From Litorivicinus sp. (GTDB lineage: Bacteria; Pseudomonadota; Gammaproteobacteria; Pseudomonadales; Litorivicinaceae): DNA of 64,000 nt. The notes beneath the pieces were generated by a model. It was not told the DNA's origin. It ran no database searches and was given only the letters and a program-made list of their open reading frames with translations. Both the position numbers and the translations under genes were made by a program. This document shows positions 29,330-39,836 of the stretch, in pieces. The number at the start of each line of letters is the position of its first letter. Position 1 is the stretch's first letter. The stretch covers positions 8,299-72,298 of the forward strand of contig CBFHLC010000005.1 of assembly GCA_965656605.1 (NCBI GenBank), given 5' to 3'.

Positions 29330-29874
29330 GCAAGCGCCTTTATGAGTTTGGCTAATCGCTGACCTTGGGCGTACGCCAGCTCCAGCTCATGTGAGTGCGG
29401 CTGCGCGCTGTCATTTTCAACCAGACTGGCGCCATAAGGTGTGCCGCCACCTACTGAGCTGTTCAGGCCTGCTTCGCTGTAAGGGATCCCGGACACCAGC
29501 ATGCCATGATGTAACAGCGGTAGCGCCATACCCAGCAGCACCGCCTCATTTCCACCATGCAGTGAGCTGCTGGCGCCAAATACGCCTGCAGGCTTGTCAA
29601 TCATCGCCCCGGACAGCCACAGATCCGAGGTGGTCTCGAAGAAGGCTTTCAAGTGGCTGCTCATGCCGCCAAATCGAGACGGACTGCCCAGGGCTAGGCC
29701 CGCACACTCCCTCAGCTCGTCTTTCGTGACCGTTAAATACTCGGTGTCCCGGCCCGCCTCCGGGTTGCGCAACAGGGCCTCGATGCCCTGAGATTCAGCG
29801 CCGGCAGCGATTTTTTCGGCCAGTTGGGCGACATGCCCGGTGGCTGAGTGAAACAAAACAAGAAGATTGGCCAT
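29326..29874 (-). CDS. wrbA: NAD(P)H:quinone oxidoreductase, WrbA type (flavodoxin-like)
   Basis: MANLLVLFHSATGHV (flavodoxin-like start), GSPSRFGGMSSHLKAFFE and GGTPYGAS align with E. coli WrbA. The ORF is open to 29904. Confidence 0.85.
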   Translation of the reverse strand: MANLLVLFHSATGHVAQLAEKIAAGAESQGIEALLRNPEAGRDTEYLTVTKDELRECAGLALGSPSRFGGMSSHLKAFFETTSDLWLSGAMIDKPAGVFGASSSLHGGNEAVLLGMALPLLHHGMLVSGIPYSEAGLNSSVGGGTPYGASLVENDSAQPHSHELELAYAQGQRLAKLIKALA

Positions 29875-29876
29875 GT

Positions 29877-30431
29877 TTATCCTGGATACCAATAACGATC
29901 CCATGCCTGCATGACTTTTTCGGGATACCAGGTCTTACCTAGGCTTCCGTTGTAGCGAGCTAATGCCCGTTGCCAGTGGCCGGATTCGCGATCTAAATAG
30001 TGTTTTAGGATGGTACAGCCAAAGCGGATGTTTGTATCGATGTTGAATAGGTTCGATTCGGGATGGCCAATCTCATCCTTCCAAAATGGCATGATCTGCA
30101 TCAACCCCTGGGCGCCGACCCAGCTCAACGCGTAGCGTTTGAATAGGCTCTCGACGTGCATCACGCTCAGAATCATTTCAGGCTGTATGCCGACTCGGGC
30201 AGCGTGACGATGCACCGCCGTCAGGATTTCCAGTCGCTCAGTTGGGTCGTCGTTATACCGCGCCATCCGTGAGGACATCAGGGTTAACCACACGTCAGCT
30301 GCATAGGGGTCAGTAAAGCTGTCCGATTCCACGGCCGCTTTAAGTTTTGCAATCAGCGCAGGATCCTCAGAGGCCTGCGCCGATGCGATGGGAAGGCTAG
30401 CGGCCCACGCGAGCCATAATCGCCGTTTCAT
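29877..30431 (-). CDS. lytic transglycosylase (SLT domain) protein
   Basis: Has a signal peptide, then the SLT catalytic region [23 protein letters not shown]...YNGS. Confidence 0.82.
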   Translation of the reverse strand: MKRRLWLAWAASLPIASAQASEDPALIAKLKAAVESDSFTDPYAADVWLTLMSSRMARYNDDPTERLEILTAVHRHAARVGIQPEMILSVMHVESLFKRYALSWVGAQGLMQIMPFWKDEIGHPESNLFNIDTNIRFGCTILKHYLDRESGHWQRALARYNGSLGKTWYPEKVMQAWDRYWYPG

Positions 30432-32097
30432 CTAGCATCTCGTTATCGGGGTTTGCGCGATGCTTATATTCTAGCCGCCCTGCGGCAATACCCTTGGAAC
30501 TTATGACTACCCGATGGGGTATGCCGATCAGGTCCATGTCGGCGAAACGTGGACCTGGGCCCATGTCACGATCGTCCAGCAGCACGTCAATGCCGCGGGC
30601 TTTCATGGCGTTGTAAAGCGCCTCGGCTTTTTCGGTAACCGCAGGATCTTTTTTGCCGCCGATAGGGACGATACAGGCGTCGAACGGGGCGATCGACTCG
30701 GGCCAGATAATGCCGCGTTCGTCATGATTCTGCTCGATTGCGGCGGCCACCACGCGGGTGACACCAATGCCGTAGCAACCCATGTACATAGGTTTTGACT
30801 TACCGTTCTCGTCCAGCATGACGCAATTCATCGCTTCGCTGTATTTGGTGCCCAGCTGAAAGATGTGGCCCACTTCGATACCACGTCGAATCTCTAGGTT
30901 GCCGTTACCACAGGGGCTGGGATCGCCGGCGACCACTTCGCGCAGGTCCCGCACTTCAGGTTCGGGCAGATCGCGACCCCAGTTGACGTTGAAGTAGTGG
31001 TAGTCGTCCTCGTTCGCACCCGCGGCAAAGTCGTGTGCCAGTGCAGCACTGCGGTCAACCAAGGTGGTCAGGGGCATGTTCACGCAGCCCAATGACCCAA
31101 AACCGGCTCCGATGACTTCACGAACTCGGGCATCGTCAGCCATTTTCAATGGGCTTGCGACCTCGGGCATTTTTTCTGCTTTGATTTCGTTCAGGGTGTG
31201 ATCACCGCGAACAACCAAGGCCACCAAGCTGCCTTCCTCACTGCCCTCGACGATTAGCGTCTTCAGCGTTTGCTCAATCGCAACGCCGTGTTGCTGCACT
31301 AGGGCATCAATGGTTTTGGTGTTGGGGGTATGGCGTTTTTCCATCGCCGCGCCCGGTGCGCCGCGCTCAGTCTGTTGAGGCAGGGCCTCGGCCGCCTCGA
31401 TGTTGGCGGCGTAGTCAGACTGGGGGCACATCGCGATGGCGTCTTCGCCGCTGTCGGCCAACACATGGAATTCTTGACTGCGGCTGCCGCCGATCGATCC
31501 GCTGTCGGCGTCGACGGCACGATAGCCCAACGACAGACGGTCAAACACGGCGCAGTAAGCGGTGTACATGGCGTTGTAGCTGCCGGCTAAGCACTCGGGG
31601 TTTTTGTTAAAGCTGTAGGCGTCTTTCATGATGAATTCACGCGAGCGCATCACACCAAAACGCGGGCGTCGTTCATCACGGAACTTGGTTTGAATCTGAT
31701 ACAGGTTCAGCGGCAACTGCTTGTAGCTTTTAATCTCGTTGCGGGCGATATCGGTGACCACCTCTTCATGCGTCGGGCCTAGGCAAAAGTCCCGCGCATG
31801 ACGATCCTGAAAGCGCAATAACTCAGGGCCGAACTGCTCCCAACGGCCACTTTCCTGCCACAGCTCAGCCGGCTGTGCGCTGGGCATTAAGACCTCCAGT
31901 GCGCCGGCACGATTCATTTCTTCGCGGACGATATTCTCGACCTTCTTCAAGGTCCGAATGCCCATAGGCAACCAGCTGTACAACCCGGACGCCAGCTGAC
32001 GGATCATACCGGCCCGCAACATCAACTGGTGCGACACAATCGCGGCATCCTGAGGGGTTTCTTTTAGGGTTGAGATAAGCAGTTGACTAGCGCGCAT
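30397..32097 (-). CDS. proS: proline--tRNA ligase
   Basis: 566 aa. [31 protein letters not shown] (class II motif 2) and GCYGIGVTR (motif 3) are canonical ProS. Confidence 0.97.
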   Translation of the reverse strand: MRASQLLISTLKETPQDAAIVSHQLMLRAGMIRQLASGLYSWLPMGIRTLKKVENIVREEMNRAGALEVLMPSAQPAELWQESGRWEQFGPELLRFQDRHARDFCLGPTHEEVVTDIARNEIKSYKQLPLNLYQIQTKFRDERRPRFGVMRSREFIMKDAYSFNKNPECLAGSYNAMYTAYCAVFDRLSLGYRAVDADSGSIGGSRSQEFHVLADSGEDAIAMCPQSDYAANIEAAEALPQQTERGAPGAAMEKRHTPNTKTIDALVQQHGVAIEQTLKTLIVEGSEEGSLVALVVRGDHTLNEIKAEKMPEVASPLKMADDARVREVIGAGFGSLGCVNMPLTTLVDRSAALAHDFAAGANEDDYHYFNVNWGRDLPEPEVRDLREVVAGDPSPCGNGNLEIRRGIEVGHIFQLGTKYSEAMNCVMLDENGKSKPMYMGCYGIGVTRVVAAAIEQNHDERGIIWPESIAPFDACIVPIGGKKDPAVTEKAEALYNAMKARGIDVLLDDRDMGPGPRFADMDLIGIPHRVVISSKGIAAGRLEYKHRANPDNEMLDETAIMARVGR

Positions 32098-32206
32098 GGT
32101 GGACCTCTCATTTTTAGTGCGCAGATTATAGCGATAGTTGGGATCGAGTCCTTGGTTTTTTCGACTGGTTCACGGGCTGATTCCACTAAGGGCGTATGTT
32201 CTGCTT

Positions 32207-33088
32207 ATGAATGATTATTTGCCGAAAGTGTTAATTCTCGAAGCCCAGTCGCCGGTTCTGTTAGCGCTGGCCCAGCAGCTTTTGGCGCATGACGTGCGTC
32301 CCATGATGGGGGTGCAGTCGCCATCCAGTCCCGGGTACGGTAACAGCTCGGTGCTCGTCGACTTTTTAGATGTGGTGGCGATGTCCAATGCCATGCATGG
32401 GATGGATGTGGTGGTGATTCCGTCCTTTCATAGTGCCGATGCCAGGGCGCGTCACGCCTTAGTGCTCGAGGCAGCAGAGCGCGCCGGCGTGCGCCATGTC
32501 ATTCGTCTGTCATCAATCGGTGTCGAGCGAAACAGCACGAATGATTGGTTACGCTTGAACGGACAGGCCGATAACCGAGTTCGCAGCTCAGGATTGGTTT
32601 ACACGATCTTTGAATGCGCACCCCTGATGCAGTCGATTCATCTACAGACACGAACGGAACCCAGCGGTGTTGAACGCCTGCTAATGCCACTGGGAGTCAG
32701 CAGTGTATGTTGGTTGGATATGGTCGATTTGGCCGCCTGTATTGCTGAGCGAGCTCGCCAATTCCAACCGCCATCCATGACCTACCAGCTAACGGGCCGT
32801 CAGAGTTTGCGAGGGGATCAAGTCGCACAGGCCATGGCCAATGCGCTGGGTCGGACGGTGGTGTATCTGAATACGCCTGAACATGCGTATCTGGCCAGTC
32901 GAGCCAGCCAAGGTGTGTCAAAGCAAGAGCTGGTGTGGGATCAGGAATACTATCGGGCGATTCGTGCTGGCGCTTTCGAGTTGCCCTACGGGGATATTTA
33001 TCGTCTGTTGTTGACGCCGCCGCACACGCTGTCGGTCTATTTGGCTCGAACCGAGACCAAGGATTTGTTCGACCCGATCAGACTTTAA
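32207..33088 (+). CDS. NmrA-like / atypical SDR-fold protein with a degenerate dinucleotide-binding motif
   Basis: The overall pattern is NmrA-like (VRHVIRLSSIG, GLVYTIFECAPLMQ, MTYQLTGRQSL, RTVVYLNTPEH). Where GATGxxG is expected the sequence reads LEAQSPV. The ORF is open from a TTG at 32138. Confidence 0.55.
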   Translation: MNDYLPKVLILEAQSPVLLALAQQLLAHDVRPMMGVQSPSSPGYGNSSVLVDFLDVVAMSNAMHGMDVVVIPSFHSADARARHALVLEAAERAGVRHVIRLSSIGVERNSTNDWLRLNGQADNRVRSSGLVYTIFECAPLMQSIHLQTRTEPSGVERLLMPLGVSSVCWLDMVDLAACIAERARQFQPPSMTYQLTGRQSLRGDQVAQAMANALGRTVVYLNTPEHAYLASRASQGVSKQELVWDQEYYRAIRAGAFELPYGDIYRLLLTPPHTLSVYLARTETKDLFDPIRL

Positions 33089-34175
33089 ATGGCAACGCCT
33101 GCATGGCGCGCTGTTGCCAGTCATCCACTGCCAGTGCTTCTTGCGCTAGATAGCGTTTTACCGCAGCTCTAAACTCAGGGTGGGCAATTTGATGCAAGCT
33201 GCGGGTTTTAGTCGGCTCAAACCCACGGGGGATCTTGTGCTCGCCCTGAGCGCCCGGATCGAAGTGCTGCAAATTTTGTTCGATTGCAAACTCAATGCCT
33301 TGGTAGTAGCAGGCCTCGAAGTGCAAGCAGTCGATCGGCTGACCACCCCAGTAGCGTCCATACAGGGTGTGTGCGTCATAAAATAATAGGGCGGCACCGA
33401 CCGGCTCTTTCTCGTGTTGCGCCAACACCAACACCATCTGATCTCCCATCCGATCAAACAGCATCTCGAAGGTGTCCGAGTTCAGATACCCGACTTGCCC
33501 GCGTACCTGATAGGTCTGCTGATAGAAATGGTAGAAGTACGCGCGTTGCTGGGGTGTTGTGTCCCGCCCCGATATTCGCTGCAGAGTGATTCCCTGCTCG
33601 GCCACGATCCGCCGCTCGCGCTTGATTGCTTTACGGCGTTTGCTGGTCATGGTGGCCAAAAATGCATCGAAATCGGTGTAGTCAGCATTGTGCCAGTGGT
33701 ATTGGACGCCGTATCGCCAATCACCGGACAGCGCATTGCATCCGTCATCGGCCGATGGGAATAGTCCGTGCCACGAGCTGTATTGAGTTAGTAACTCATC
33801 TAAATGACTTTGGAAGGCGTTTGCGTGTTGGGCGTCGCCTAGCAATCTAGGCCCGGTAGCCGGTGTAAAAGGCGCGGCACTGAGCAGCTTCGGATAATAC
33901 TGACCGCCGGCTCGCTCAAACGCGTCGGCCCAAGCAAAATCAAACACATACTCACCGCGGCTGTGATATTTCTCGAACAGCGGCAAGGCTGCGATTAAGA
34001 CGCCGTCGATTTCATAGACTAAATGCTTGGTGACCCAGCCGGTGTGTTCGCTGGTTGCTCGGCTGTCCTCGAGTGCACTTAAAAACCCATGGCGCAGAAA
34101 AGGGTAGCCACCGGGTAGCAAGGCGTCCCAGGCTTCGGCCGACACCTGATGAATGCTGGACAGTTCGCGAATCAC
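33078..34175 (-). CDS. FemAB-like (DUF482) GNAT-fold acyltransferase family protein
   Basis: YPFLRHGFLSALEDS...TGW...LPLFEKYHSRGEYVFDFAWADAFERAGGQYYPKLLSAAPFTPATGPRLL matches the DUF482/FemAB_like family pattern as I recall it. Confidence 0.7.
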   Translation of the reverse strand: MIRELSSIHQVSAEAWDALLPGGYPFLRHGFLSALEDSRATSEHTGWVTKHLVYEIDGVLIAALPLFEKYHSRGEYVFDFAWADAFERAGGQYYPKLLSAAPFTPATGPRLLGDAQHANAFQSHLDELLTQYSSWHGLFPSADDGCNALSGDWRYGVQYHWHNADYTDFDAFLATMTSKRRKAIKRERRIVAEQGITLQRISGRDTTPQQRAYFYHFYQQTYQVRGQVGYLNSDTFEMLFDRMGDQMVLVLAQHEKEPVGAALLFYDAHTLYGRYWGGQPIDCLHFEACYYQGIEFAIEQNLQHFDPGAQGEHKIPRGFEPTKTRSLHQIAHPEFRAAVKRYLAQEALAVDDWQQRAMQALPFKV

Positions 34176-34867
34176 TGCGGTGCAGCTACAGCGTCATCCT
34201 TGATGAGTAGTTCGGCTGAACGCAGGCTAAGCTCGAAGGCTTTGCCATCACGATCCGCACGCAAGGCAACTAATAGATGCTCGCGCGCAGGATCGAACCA
34301 CAAATCCGTGTGGTTGTTGTCGTTCTTGGTGTAGCGAAGTTGGATAACTTCCAGTGGGCCCGATGGGGTTTGAAGTGTCGTCAGACCCAAGTTTTCAATC
34401 GGGTATTCACGGATCCGGCCACGATCGGCCAGCTTTACCTGTAATGGACGGTTCTCGTTCAGCGCTGTCCGCAGCTCGAGCTGCAAAGTCAGCGGATCAA
34501 ACACATCATCCTGTAATTCGAACACCGCGTCGCCCATAAAAGCCTGGCGTTGATTCCAGTTAAATCGGGTTTGTTGCTCTTTGGTGCGGCCCAGAATGCG
34601 CGTCTTGCGCACGAACTCGAGCGGCAAGATGTCACCCTGGGTGTTGACCCGAAACATCGAGGTCTCGTCAAGGGAGCCTAATGAGGCATCGGCGGTTTGC
34701 TTGAGGGTCCACATGTCGTTTTCCACGCTCATGTGTTGCGACGCCGTGCCTTTCAAGGTCATGCCGACGTCCCAGCTCAGATCGTATTGAGCGGAGTAAG
34801 GTGTCAGGGCGTGAGCCAAGCCGCACAGGCCTAGACCCAATGCCATAGAGATTGATTTGATCAACAT
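34172..34867 (-). CDS. DUF3108-like secreted protein
   Basis: Has a signal peptide (MLIKSISMALGLGLCGLAHA) and a beta-rich sequence. It sits downstream of purN as in Pseudomonas and overlaps the FemAB-like gene by 4 nt. The family assignment rests on synteny and memory. Confidence 0.5.
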   Translation of the reverse strand: MLIKSISMALGLGLCGLAHALTPYSAQYDLSWDVGMTLKGTASQHMSVENDMWTLKQTADASLGSLDETSMFRVNTQGDILPLEFVRKTRILGRTKEQQTRFNWNQRQAFMGDAVFELQDDVFDPLTLQLELRTALNENRPLQVKLADRGRIREYPIENLGLTTLQTPSGPLEVIQLRYTKNDNNHTDLWFDPAREHLLVALRADRDGKAFELSLRSAELLIKDDAVAAPQ

Positions 34868-34904
34868 GGAATTAGCCTATCACCTCGAAGTGCAGTGCAA
34901 CAGA

Positions 34905-35525
34905 TTAGAAATGATCCATGCGATCGATAGGTGCACCATCGAGCAGGGTCTGGCCCGGAGCCATGGCTAGACGGCCTTGAATCAGTGCCCAGCAAACGGC
35001 GGGGTACAGTTGGTGCTCTTGCTGCAGCACGCGAGCGGCCAGAGTGGACGCATCGTCGCCTGATTGAATCGTGACGCTGCGTTGTCCGATGAGTGGCCCG
35101 CCATCGAGCTCGGCCGTGGCCCAATGAACCGACACGCCAGCTTGGCTGTCGCCGGCGTCCAATGCCCGTTGATGGGTGTGCAGGCCTTTGTATTTGGGCA
35201 GCAGGGAAGGATGAATGTTGACCATTTTTCCATCGAATCGCTGCATAAAGCTCCCGCCCAAGATTCGCATGAATCCGGCCATGACGATCCAGTCAGGATT
35301 TAATGCGGATAGCTGATCGCCGAGTGCTGTGTCGAACGCATCGCGCGAGTCGAACTCGGTGTGGTCAAGCACGACCTGTCTCAGCCCCGCGGTTTCGGCG
35401 CGTGCCAGGCAGCCTGCACCCGGGCGGTTACTGATCAGTGCGCTCAGATGTGGGCGCACCTGATCATCATCTAGCAGAGCCTGAAAGTTCGACCCGCCCC
35501 CGCTGGCAAGAACAACAATGCTCAC
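34905..35525 (-). CDS. purN: phosphoribosylglycinamide formyltransferase
   Basis: Contains [34 protein letters not shown] and H/D catalytic motifs. The GTG at 35525 overlaps the purM stop (GTGA). Confidence 0.93.
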   Translation of the reverse strand: MSIVVLASGGGSNFQALLDDDQVRPHLSALISNRPGAGCLARAETAGLRQVVLDHTEFDSRDAFDTALGDQLSALNPDWIVMAGFMRILGGSFMQRFDGKMVNIHPSLLPKYKGLHTHQRALDAGDSQAGVSVHWATAELDGGPLIGQRSVTIQSGDDASTLAARVLQQEHQLYPAVCWALIQGRLAMAPGQTLLDGAPIDRMDHF

Positions 35526-36547
35526 GCCAGGGTTAGCTTGCCGCTGTCGTTTAGCTCGCCAATGACCCACGGGTCGGCTTCCATAGAGCCCAGTACCGCG
35601 AGTGCTTTAGCCGCATCTTCTGCACTGATGACGATGCACATACCGACGCCTAGGTTGAACACTCGAGCCATCTCGAAGTCATCAACGCTGCCCGCCTGTT
35701 GTAGCCAGTCAAATACCGCCGGAATTTCCCAGCTGCTTTTGTCCAATGCAACGCCAACGCCCTCGGGCAATACGCGGGGTAGGTTTTCAATCAATCCGCC
35801 GCCGGTGATGTGCGACATCGCCTTGACGGTCAATTCGCGGGTCAACACCAGCAATTCCTGAGCGTAAATCCGTGTCGGTTCCATCAAATGATCGATCAGC
35901 GGCTTGCCGTTCAGATCTTGATTAACATCCGCGCCTGACACTTCAAGGATTTTACGTACCAGAGAGTACCCATTGGAGTGAGGCCCCGACGAGGGTAAGG
36001 CGATCACAACGTCACCGGCGTGGCAATCGCCACCGCTGATGATTTTGCTCTCCTCGACCACACCGACACAGAAGCCGGCCAGATCAAAGTCATCATTGTG
36101 ATAAAGACCGGGCATCTCGGCGGTCTCGCCGCCAGCTAGCGTGGCGCCGGACTGTTTGCAGCCCTCGGCTATGCCTGCGATGACGCGAGTCGCGCTGTCC
36201 ACGTCTAGGTGTCCAGTGGCGTAGTAATCCAAGAACAACAAGGGCTCTGCACCCAACGTCAGAATGTCATTGACGCACATCGCGACCAAATCGATTCCAA
36301 TGCCGTCGAGCTGTCCACTGTCCAGTGCCAGACGCAGCTTGGTGCCAACACCGTCGGTGCCGCTGACCAGAACCGGTTGATCGTAGCCAGTGGGTAGGCG
36401 GGTCAGTGCTCCAAAGCCACCGATGCTACCTAGCATCTCGGGTCGGCGAGTCGCCGCAGCCAGCGGTCCAACGCGTTTGACTAGCTCATTGCCAGCATCG
36501 ATATCTACGCCCGCAGCGCGGTAGTCCAGTCCCTTTGAATCGCTCAT
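35522..36547 (-). CDS. purM: phosphoribosylformylglycinamidine cyclo-ligase
   Basis: Contains [21 protein letters not shown] and [10 protein letters not shown], canonical PurM motifs. Confidence 0.96.
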   Translation of the reverse strand: MSDSKGLDYRAAGVDIDAGNELVKRVGPLAAATRRPEMLGSIGGFGALTRLPTGYDQPVLVSGTDGVGTKLRLALDSGQLDGIGIDLVAMCVNDILTLGAEPLLFLDYYATGHLDVDSATRVIAGIAEGCKQSGATLAGGETAEMPGLYHNDDFDLAGFCVGVVEESKIISGGDCHAGDVVIALPSSGPHSNGYSLVRKILEVSGADVNQDLNGKPLIDHLMEPTRIYAQELLVLTRELTVKAMSHITGGGLIENLPRVLPEGVGVALDKSSWEIPAVFDWLQQAGSVDDFEMARVFNLGVGMCIVISAEDAAKALAVLGSMEADPWVIGELNDSGKLTLA

Positions 36548-36612
36548 TTCATCCTCGAGATACGTGAAAGAAGCGCATTCTACCTTTCAGGCGCGTTAAG
36601 ATGTAGCTGGAA

Positions 36613-37605
36613 TTGCATGAGGAATGTGGATTGCTCCGAATTTTAGTTTTACTGCTATGGATTCCCGCCGCATGGGCCAGCCTTTACGACGTACGCGTCG
36701 CAGTGCCAGCCGAACAAGACGGCAACACCGTGCAGATACAACAGCAGGCTTTGAATACAGTTCTGTCGCGATTGATTGGTCGTGCCGCCCTCAGCGATGG
36801 GCGTCTGTTGAAGTTCACTGATAATGCAGCGCAGTGGATTGCCTCGTGGGGATTTGCGTCCGAGCTGGACGAAGCCAGCCGCATCGCCACGCTGTCAGTC
36901 TCTCCTTCGATTCGACGTGAGCTGGCCACATTGGAAATTCCGTTATGGACCCAGCCACGACCCGCACAGTGGTTGTGGATGCTGGTGGATTTAGGCGAGG
37001 GTCGTCAGCCCATTTCACGCCAATCTGCACCGGAATTGTGGAGTGCTCTGCAGCAGCAAGCGGATTTTTGGCAGCTGCCACTGGCCACGCCCCAGTGGAA
37101 TGATCAGGATAGGGCCGAGGTGAATACTTCCGAGCTGTGGGGATTGTTTCTGGACGGTGTGGATCGTGCGGCTCAGCGCTACTCGAGCGATTACACCGCA
37201 GGTCGGATCTTAAAGGCCGGCGATCAATGGCAAATGAGCATTAAGACCTCTGATGGTCGTCGCCTGACCACCCGTTATCCCAGTGCGCAGGCGCTGGCCC
37301 AAGGCTTGTACGAATTTTGGCGGGCGCCCTTGGTGTCGCGATACGCAATTGCCGGACAGGGTCAGTTGGATCTGGCGATTGAGCAGTTAACGCCTCAGAG
37401 TTACGCGAATTGGATTCGTGTTATTCGGGATCTGGACAGCGTTGATCGGGCGTGGCCGATTTTTTCCAACGATCAATTTACCGTGCTACGTATCCAAACC
37501 GGCGCAACAGCCGATCAGCTCAATGCCTTATTAAGCACGACCCTGAACTTCGAGCCCGCAGCGTTGCCAGCCTCCGCTGATTTGATGGTGCGGTGGTTGC
37601 CGTGA
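36613..37605 (+). CDS. DUF2066-like secreted protein
   Basis: Has a signal peptide (LLRILVLLLWIPAAWA). It lies between purM and hda, as the DUF2066 gene does in Pseudomonas. No other recognisable motif. The start codon is uncertain. Confidence 0.5.
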   Translation: MHEECGLLRILVLLLWIPAAWASLYDVRVAVPAEQDGNTVQIQQQALNTVLSRLIGRAALSDGRLLKFTDNAAQWIASWGFASELDEASRIATLSVSPSIRRELATLEIPLWTQPRPAQWLWMLVDLGEGRQPISRQSAPELWSALQQQADFWQLPLATPQWNDQDRAEVNTSELWGLFLDGVDRAAQRYSSDYTAGRILKAGDQWQMSIKTSDGRRLTTRYPSAQALAQGLYEFWRAPLVSRYAIAGQGQLDLAIEQLTPQSYANWIRVIRDLDSVDRAWPIFSNDQFTVLRIQTGATADQLNALLSTTLNFEPAALPASADLMVRWLP

Positions 37606-38261
37606 GACAGGGCGTTTTAAATCCTTGGCCACTGCCGGATACGCACATGGCCGCATTCGAGCCGGGTCAAAATGCAGCGCTGCTAGAGGCCTTGCAGCAG
37701 CGTGCATCGATGTGGATTCATGGGCCGAATGGCGCGGGCAAGACGCATTTGGCTCAAGCTCAGGTGGCGGCAAACGGCGGATTCTACTTGTTGCTTAGCG
37801 ACAGCGCGTTGCGGCCCGATGTGCTGGAGGGGTTGGAGGTGTTCTCGCCGTTGTATTTGGATGACGTCGATGCGGTGTGTGGGCAGCGTGATTGGGAGGA
37901 ATCTTTATTTGCCCTGTGGAATGCTTGCTTGGATCAATCGGTCCCGCTGATTTGTTTTGCCGCGCGCCCGGTCGACCATGGTGATTGGGCCATTCCAGAT
38001 TTACGTTCTCGCATGGCACAGCTGCCGCCCTTTTCGTTAAAACCCTTGGCGGAATCTGACCTACCGTCCGCGCTGGCGCGGCGTGCGCAGCTGATCGATT
38101 TGCGGCTACCGGCGGAGGTGGTGGATTATCTATTGCGTCACCATGCCCGTTCTATTTCGCAGTTGGCTGCACTGTTGACGCAGCTCGAACGGGCTTCGTT
38201 GCAATTAAAGCGGCCCTTAACCGTGCCGCTGGTCCGGCAAATATTGGGCGCGCGTGATTAA
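37593..38261 (+). CDS. hda: DnaA regulatory inactivator Hda
   Basis: Contains the Walker A motif HGPNGAGKTHL, LYLDDVD and an AAA+ DnaA-like domain of about 220 aa. Position is as in other gammaproteobacteria. Confidence 0.85.
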   Translation: MVAVRQGVLNPWPLPDTHMAAFEPGQNAALLEALQQRASMWIHGPNGAGKTHLAQAQVAANGGFYLLLSDSALRPDVLEGLEVFSPLYLDDVDAVCGQRDWEESLFALWNACLDQSVPLICFAARPVDHGDWAIPDLRSRMAQLPPFSLKPLAESDLPSALARRAQLIDLRLPAEVVDYLLRHHARSISQLAALLTQLERASLQLKRPLTVPLVRQILGARD

Positions 38262-38283
38262 GCTTGGCGTCAGATAAAGACTA

Positions 38284-38299
38284 CTGTATAAATATACAA
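38284..38299 (+). promoter_or_regulatory. LexA SOS box upstream of recA
   Basis: CTGTATAAATATACAA matches the gammaproteobacterial CTGT-N8-ACAG consensus in 15 of 16 positions. It lies 69 nt upstream of the recA ATG. Confidence 0.85.
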
Positions 38300-38367
38300 A
38301 TACCGACAGACAACGGCCGCGAATTTTATAAATTACGTGGCTCAGCAAACAACGTGGAATTAAAGAT

Positions 38368-39408
38368 ATGAGTGACAACCGAGGCAAGGCATTAGACGCC
38401 GCACTAACCCAAATCGAACGTCAGTTTGGTAAAGGTTCCATCATGCGGATGGGCGATGCGCCAATCGAAGCGATCCCAGCGATTTCTACCGGCTCTTTGG
38501 GTTTGGATATTGCGTTGGGCATAGGCGGGTTGCCGGTCGGTCGTATCGTCGAGATCTACGGCCCCGAAAGCTCAGGCAAGACCACGTTGACGCTGCAGGC
38601 GATTGCCGAGTGCCAGAAAAACGGTGGCACCGCGGCATTTATCGACGCCGAGCATGCTTTGGATCCTGAATACGCGGGTAAACTGGGCGTTGATGTCGGG
38701 TCGCTGTTGGTTTCACAGCCTGACACGGGCGAGCAAGCACTGGAAATTACCGATATGTTGGTACGCTCAGGCGGTATCGATTTGTTGGTCATCGACTCGG
38801 TCGCGGCACTGACACCACGTGCGGAAATTGAAGGCGACATGGGTGATAGCCACGTCGGTTTGCAGGCTCGCCTGATGAGCCAAGCACTGCGTAAAATCAC
38901 CGGTAACATAAAGCGCTCAAACTGCATGGTGATTTTCATTAACCAAATTCGTATGAAGATTGGTGTGATGTTCGGTTCACCTGAAACCACCACCGGTGGT
39001 AACGCGTTGAAGTTTTACTCTTCGGTTCGATTGGATATTCGTCGTATCGGCGCGATCAAGAGCGGCGATGAAGTGGTGGGTAACGAAACCCGGGTTAAGG
39101 TGGTTAAAAACAAAGTATCACCGCCATTCCGTCAGGCTGAATTCCAGATCATGTACGGCAAGGGTATCTACCGTATGGGCGAGGTCATCGACTGGGGCGT
39201 CAAGGAGGGCTTGGTCGACAAGGCCGGTGCTTGGTACAGCTACAAAGGGGACCGTATCGGGCAGGGCAAGGCCAACGCCTGTAACTACCTGGACGAGCAT
39301 CCAGAGATGGCCCAAGAGATCGAAGGCGAGTTGCGTCGCCGTCTGCTGACCAAAGGGCCAATCGTCGAGGACGATACCCCTGAAGAAATGCCAGCTGATC
39401 AAGAGTAA
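38368..39408 (+). CDS. recA: recombinase RecA
   Basis: [32 protein letters not shown] and [28 protein letters not shown] are near-identical to E. coli RecA. Confidence 0.98.
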   Translation: MSDNRGKALDAALTQIERQFGKGSIMRMGDAPIEAIPAISTGSLGLDIALGIGGLPVGRIVEIYGPESSGKTTLTLQAIAECQKNGGTAAFIDAEHALDPEYAGKLGVDVGSLLVSQPDTGEQALEITDMLVRSGGIDLLVIDSVAALTPRAEIEGDMGDSHVGLQARLMSQALRKITGNIKRSNCMVIFINQIRMKIGVMFGSPETTTGGNALKFYSSVRLDIRRIGAIKSGDEVVGNETRVKVVKNKVSPPFRQAEFQIMYGKGIYRMGEVIDWGVKEGLVDKAGAWYSYKGDRIGQGKANACNYLDEHPEMAQEIEGELRRRLLTKGPIVEDDTPEEMPADQE

Positions 39409-39410
39409 CG

Positions 39411-39836
39411 GTGCCCAGCATCCCTAGGCAGCAAGCCTACATTGCTGTCTACGTTTGGTTACAACGTCAGGGCAAAGTCCTGGCGTTGCAACGCCAAAAC
39501 ACAGGCTACATGGACGGTTTGTGGTGTCCGCCGGCTGGCGGCGTCGATCAGGGCGAGTCGGTGATGGACTGCGTGGTGCGCGAGTGCCAAGAGGAAGTCG
39601 GCGTTCACGTCATTCCTGAATCAGTACAGCTGGTTCATACGTTGCATCGCAAAACGCCCGAACGTTTCGTCATAGATTTGTTTTTTTCCGCCGATTTTAT
39701 TGGGTCGCCAATCAATGCCGAACCACACAAAGCCAGTCAGATCCGATGGGTCGATCCGGATCAATTCACGGACTGGATGAGTTATATCCCTGCTGTCTTA
39801 GCCTCGACGTCACCTTACTCAGAACAGGGTTTCTAA
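39411..39836 (+). CDS. NUDIX hydrolase
   Basis: The Nudix box GGVDQGESVMDCVVRECQEEVGV fits GX5EX7REUXEEXGU. 141 aa, GTG start 3 nt after the recA stop. Confidence 0.85.
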   Translation: MPSIPRQQAYIAVYVWLQRQGKVLALQRQNTGYMDGLWCPPAGGVDQGESVMDCVVRECQEEVGVHVIPESVQLVHTLHRKTPERFVIDLFFSADFIGSPINAEPHKASQIRWVDPDQFTDWMSYIPAVLASTSPYSEQGF

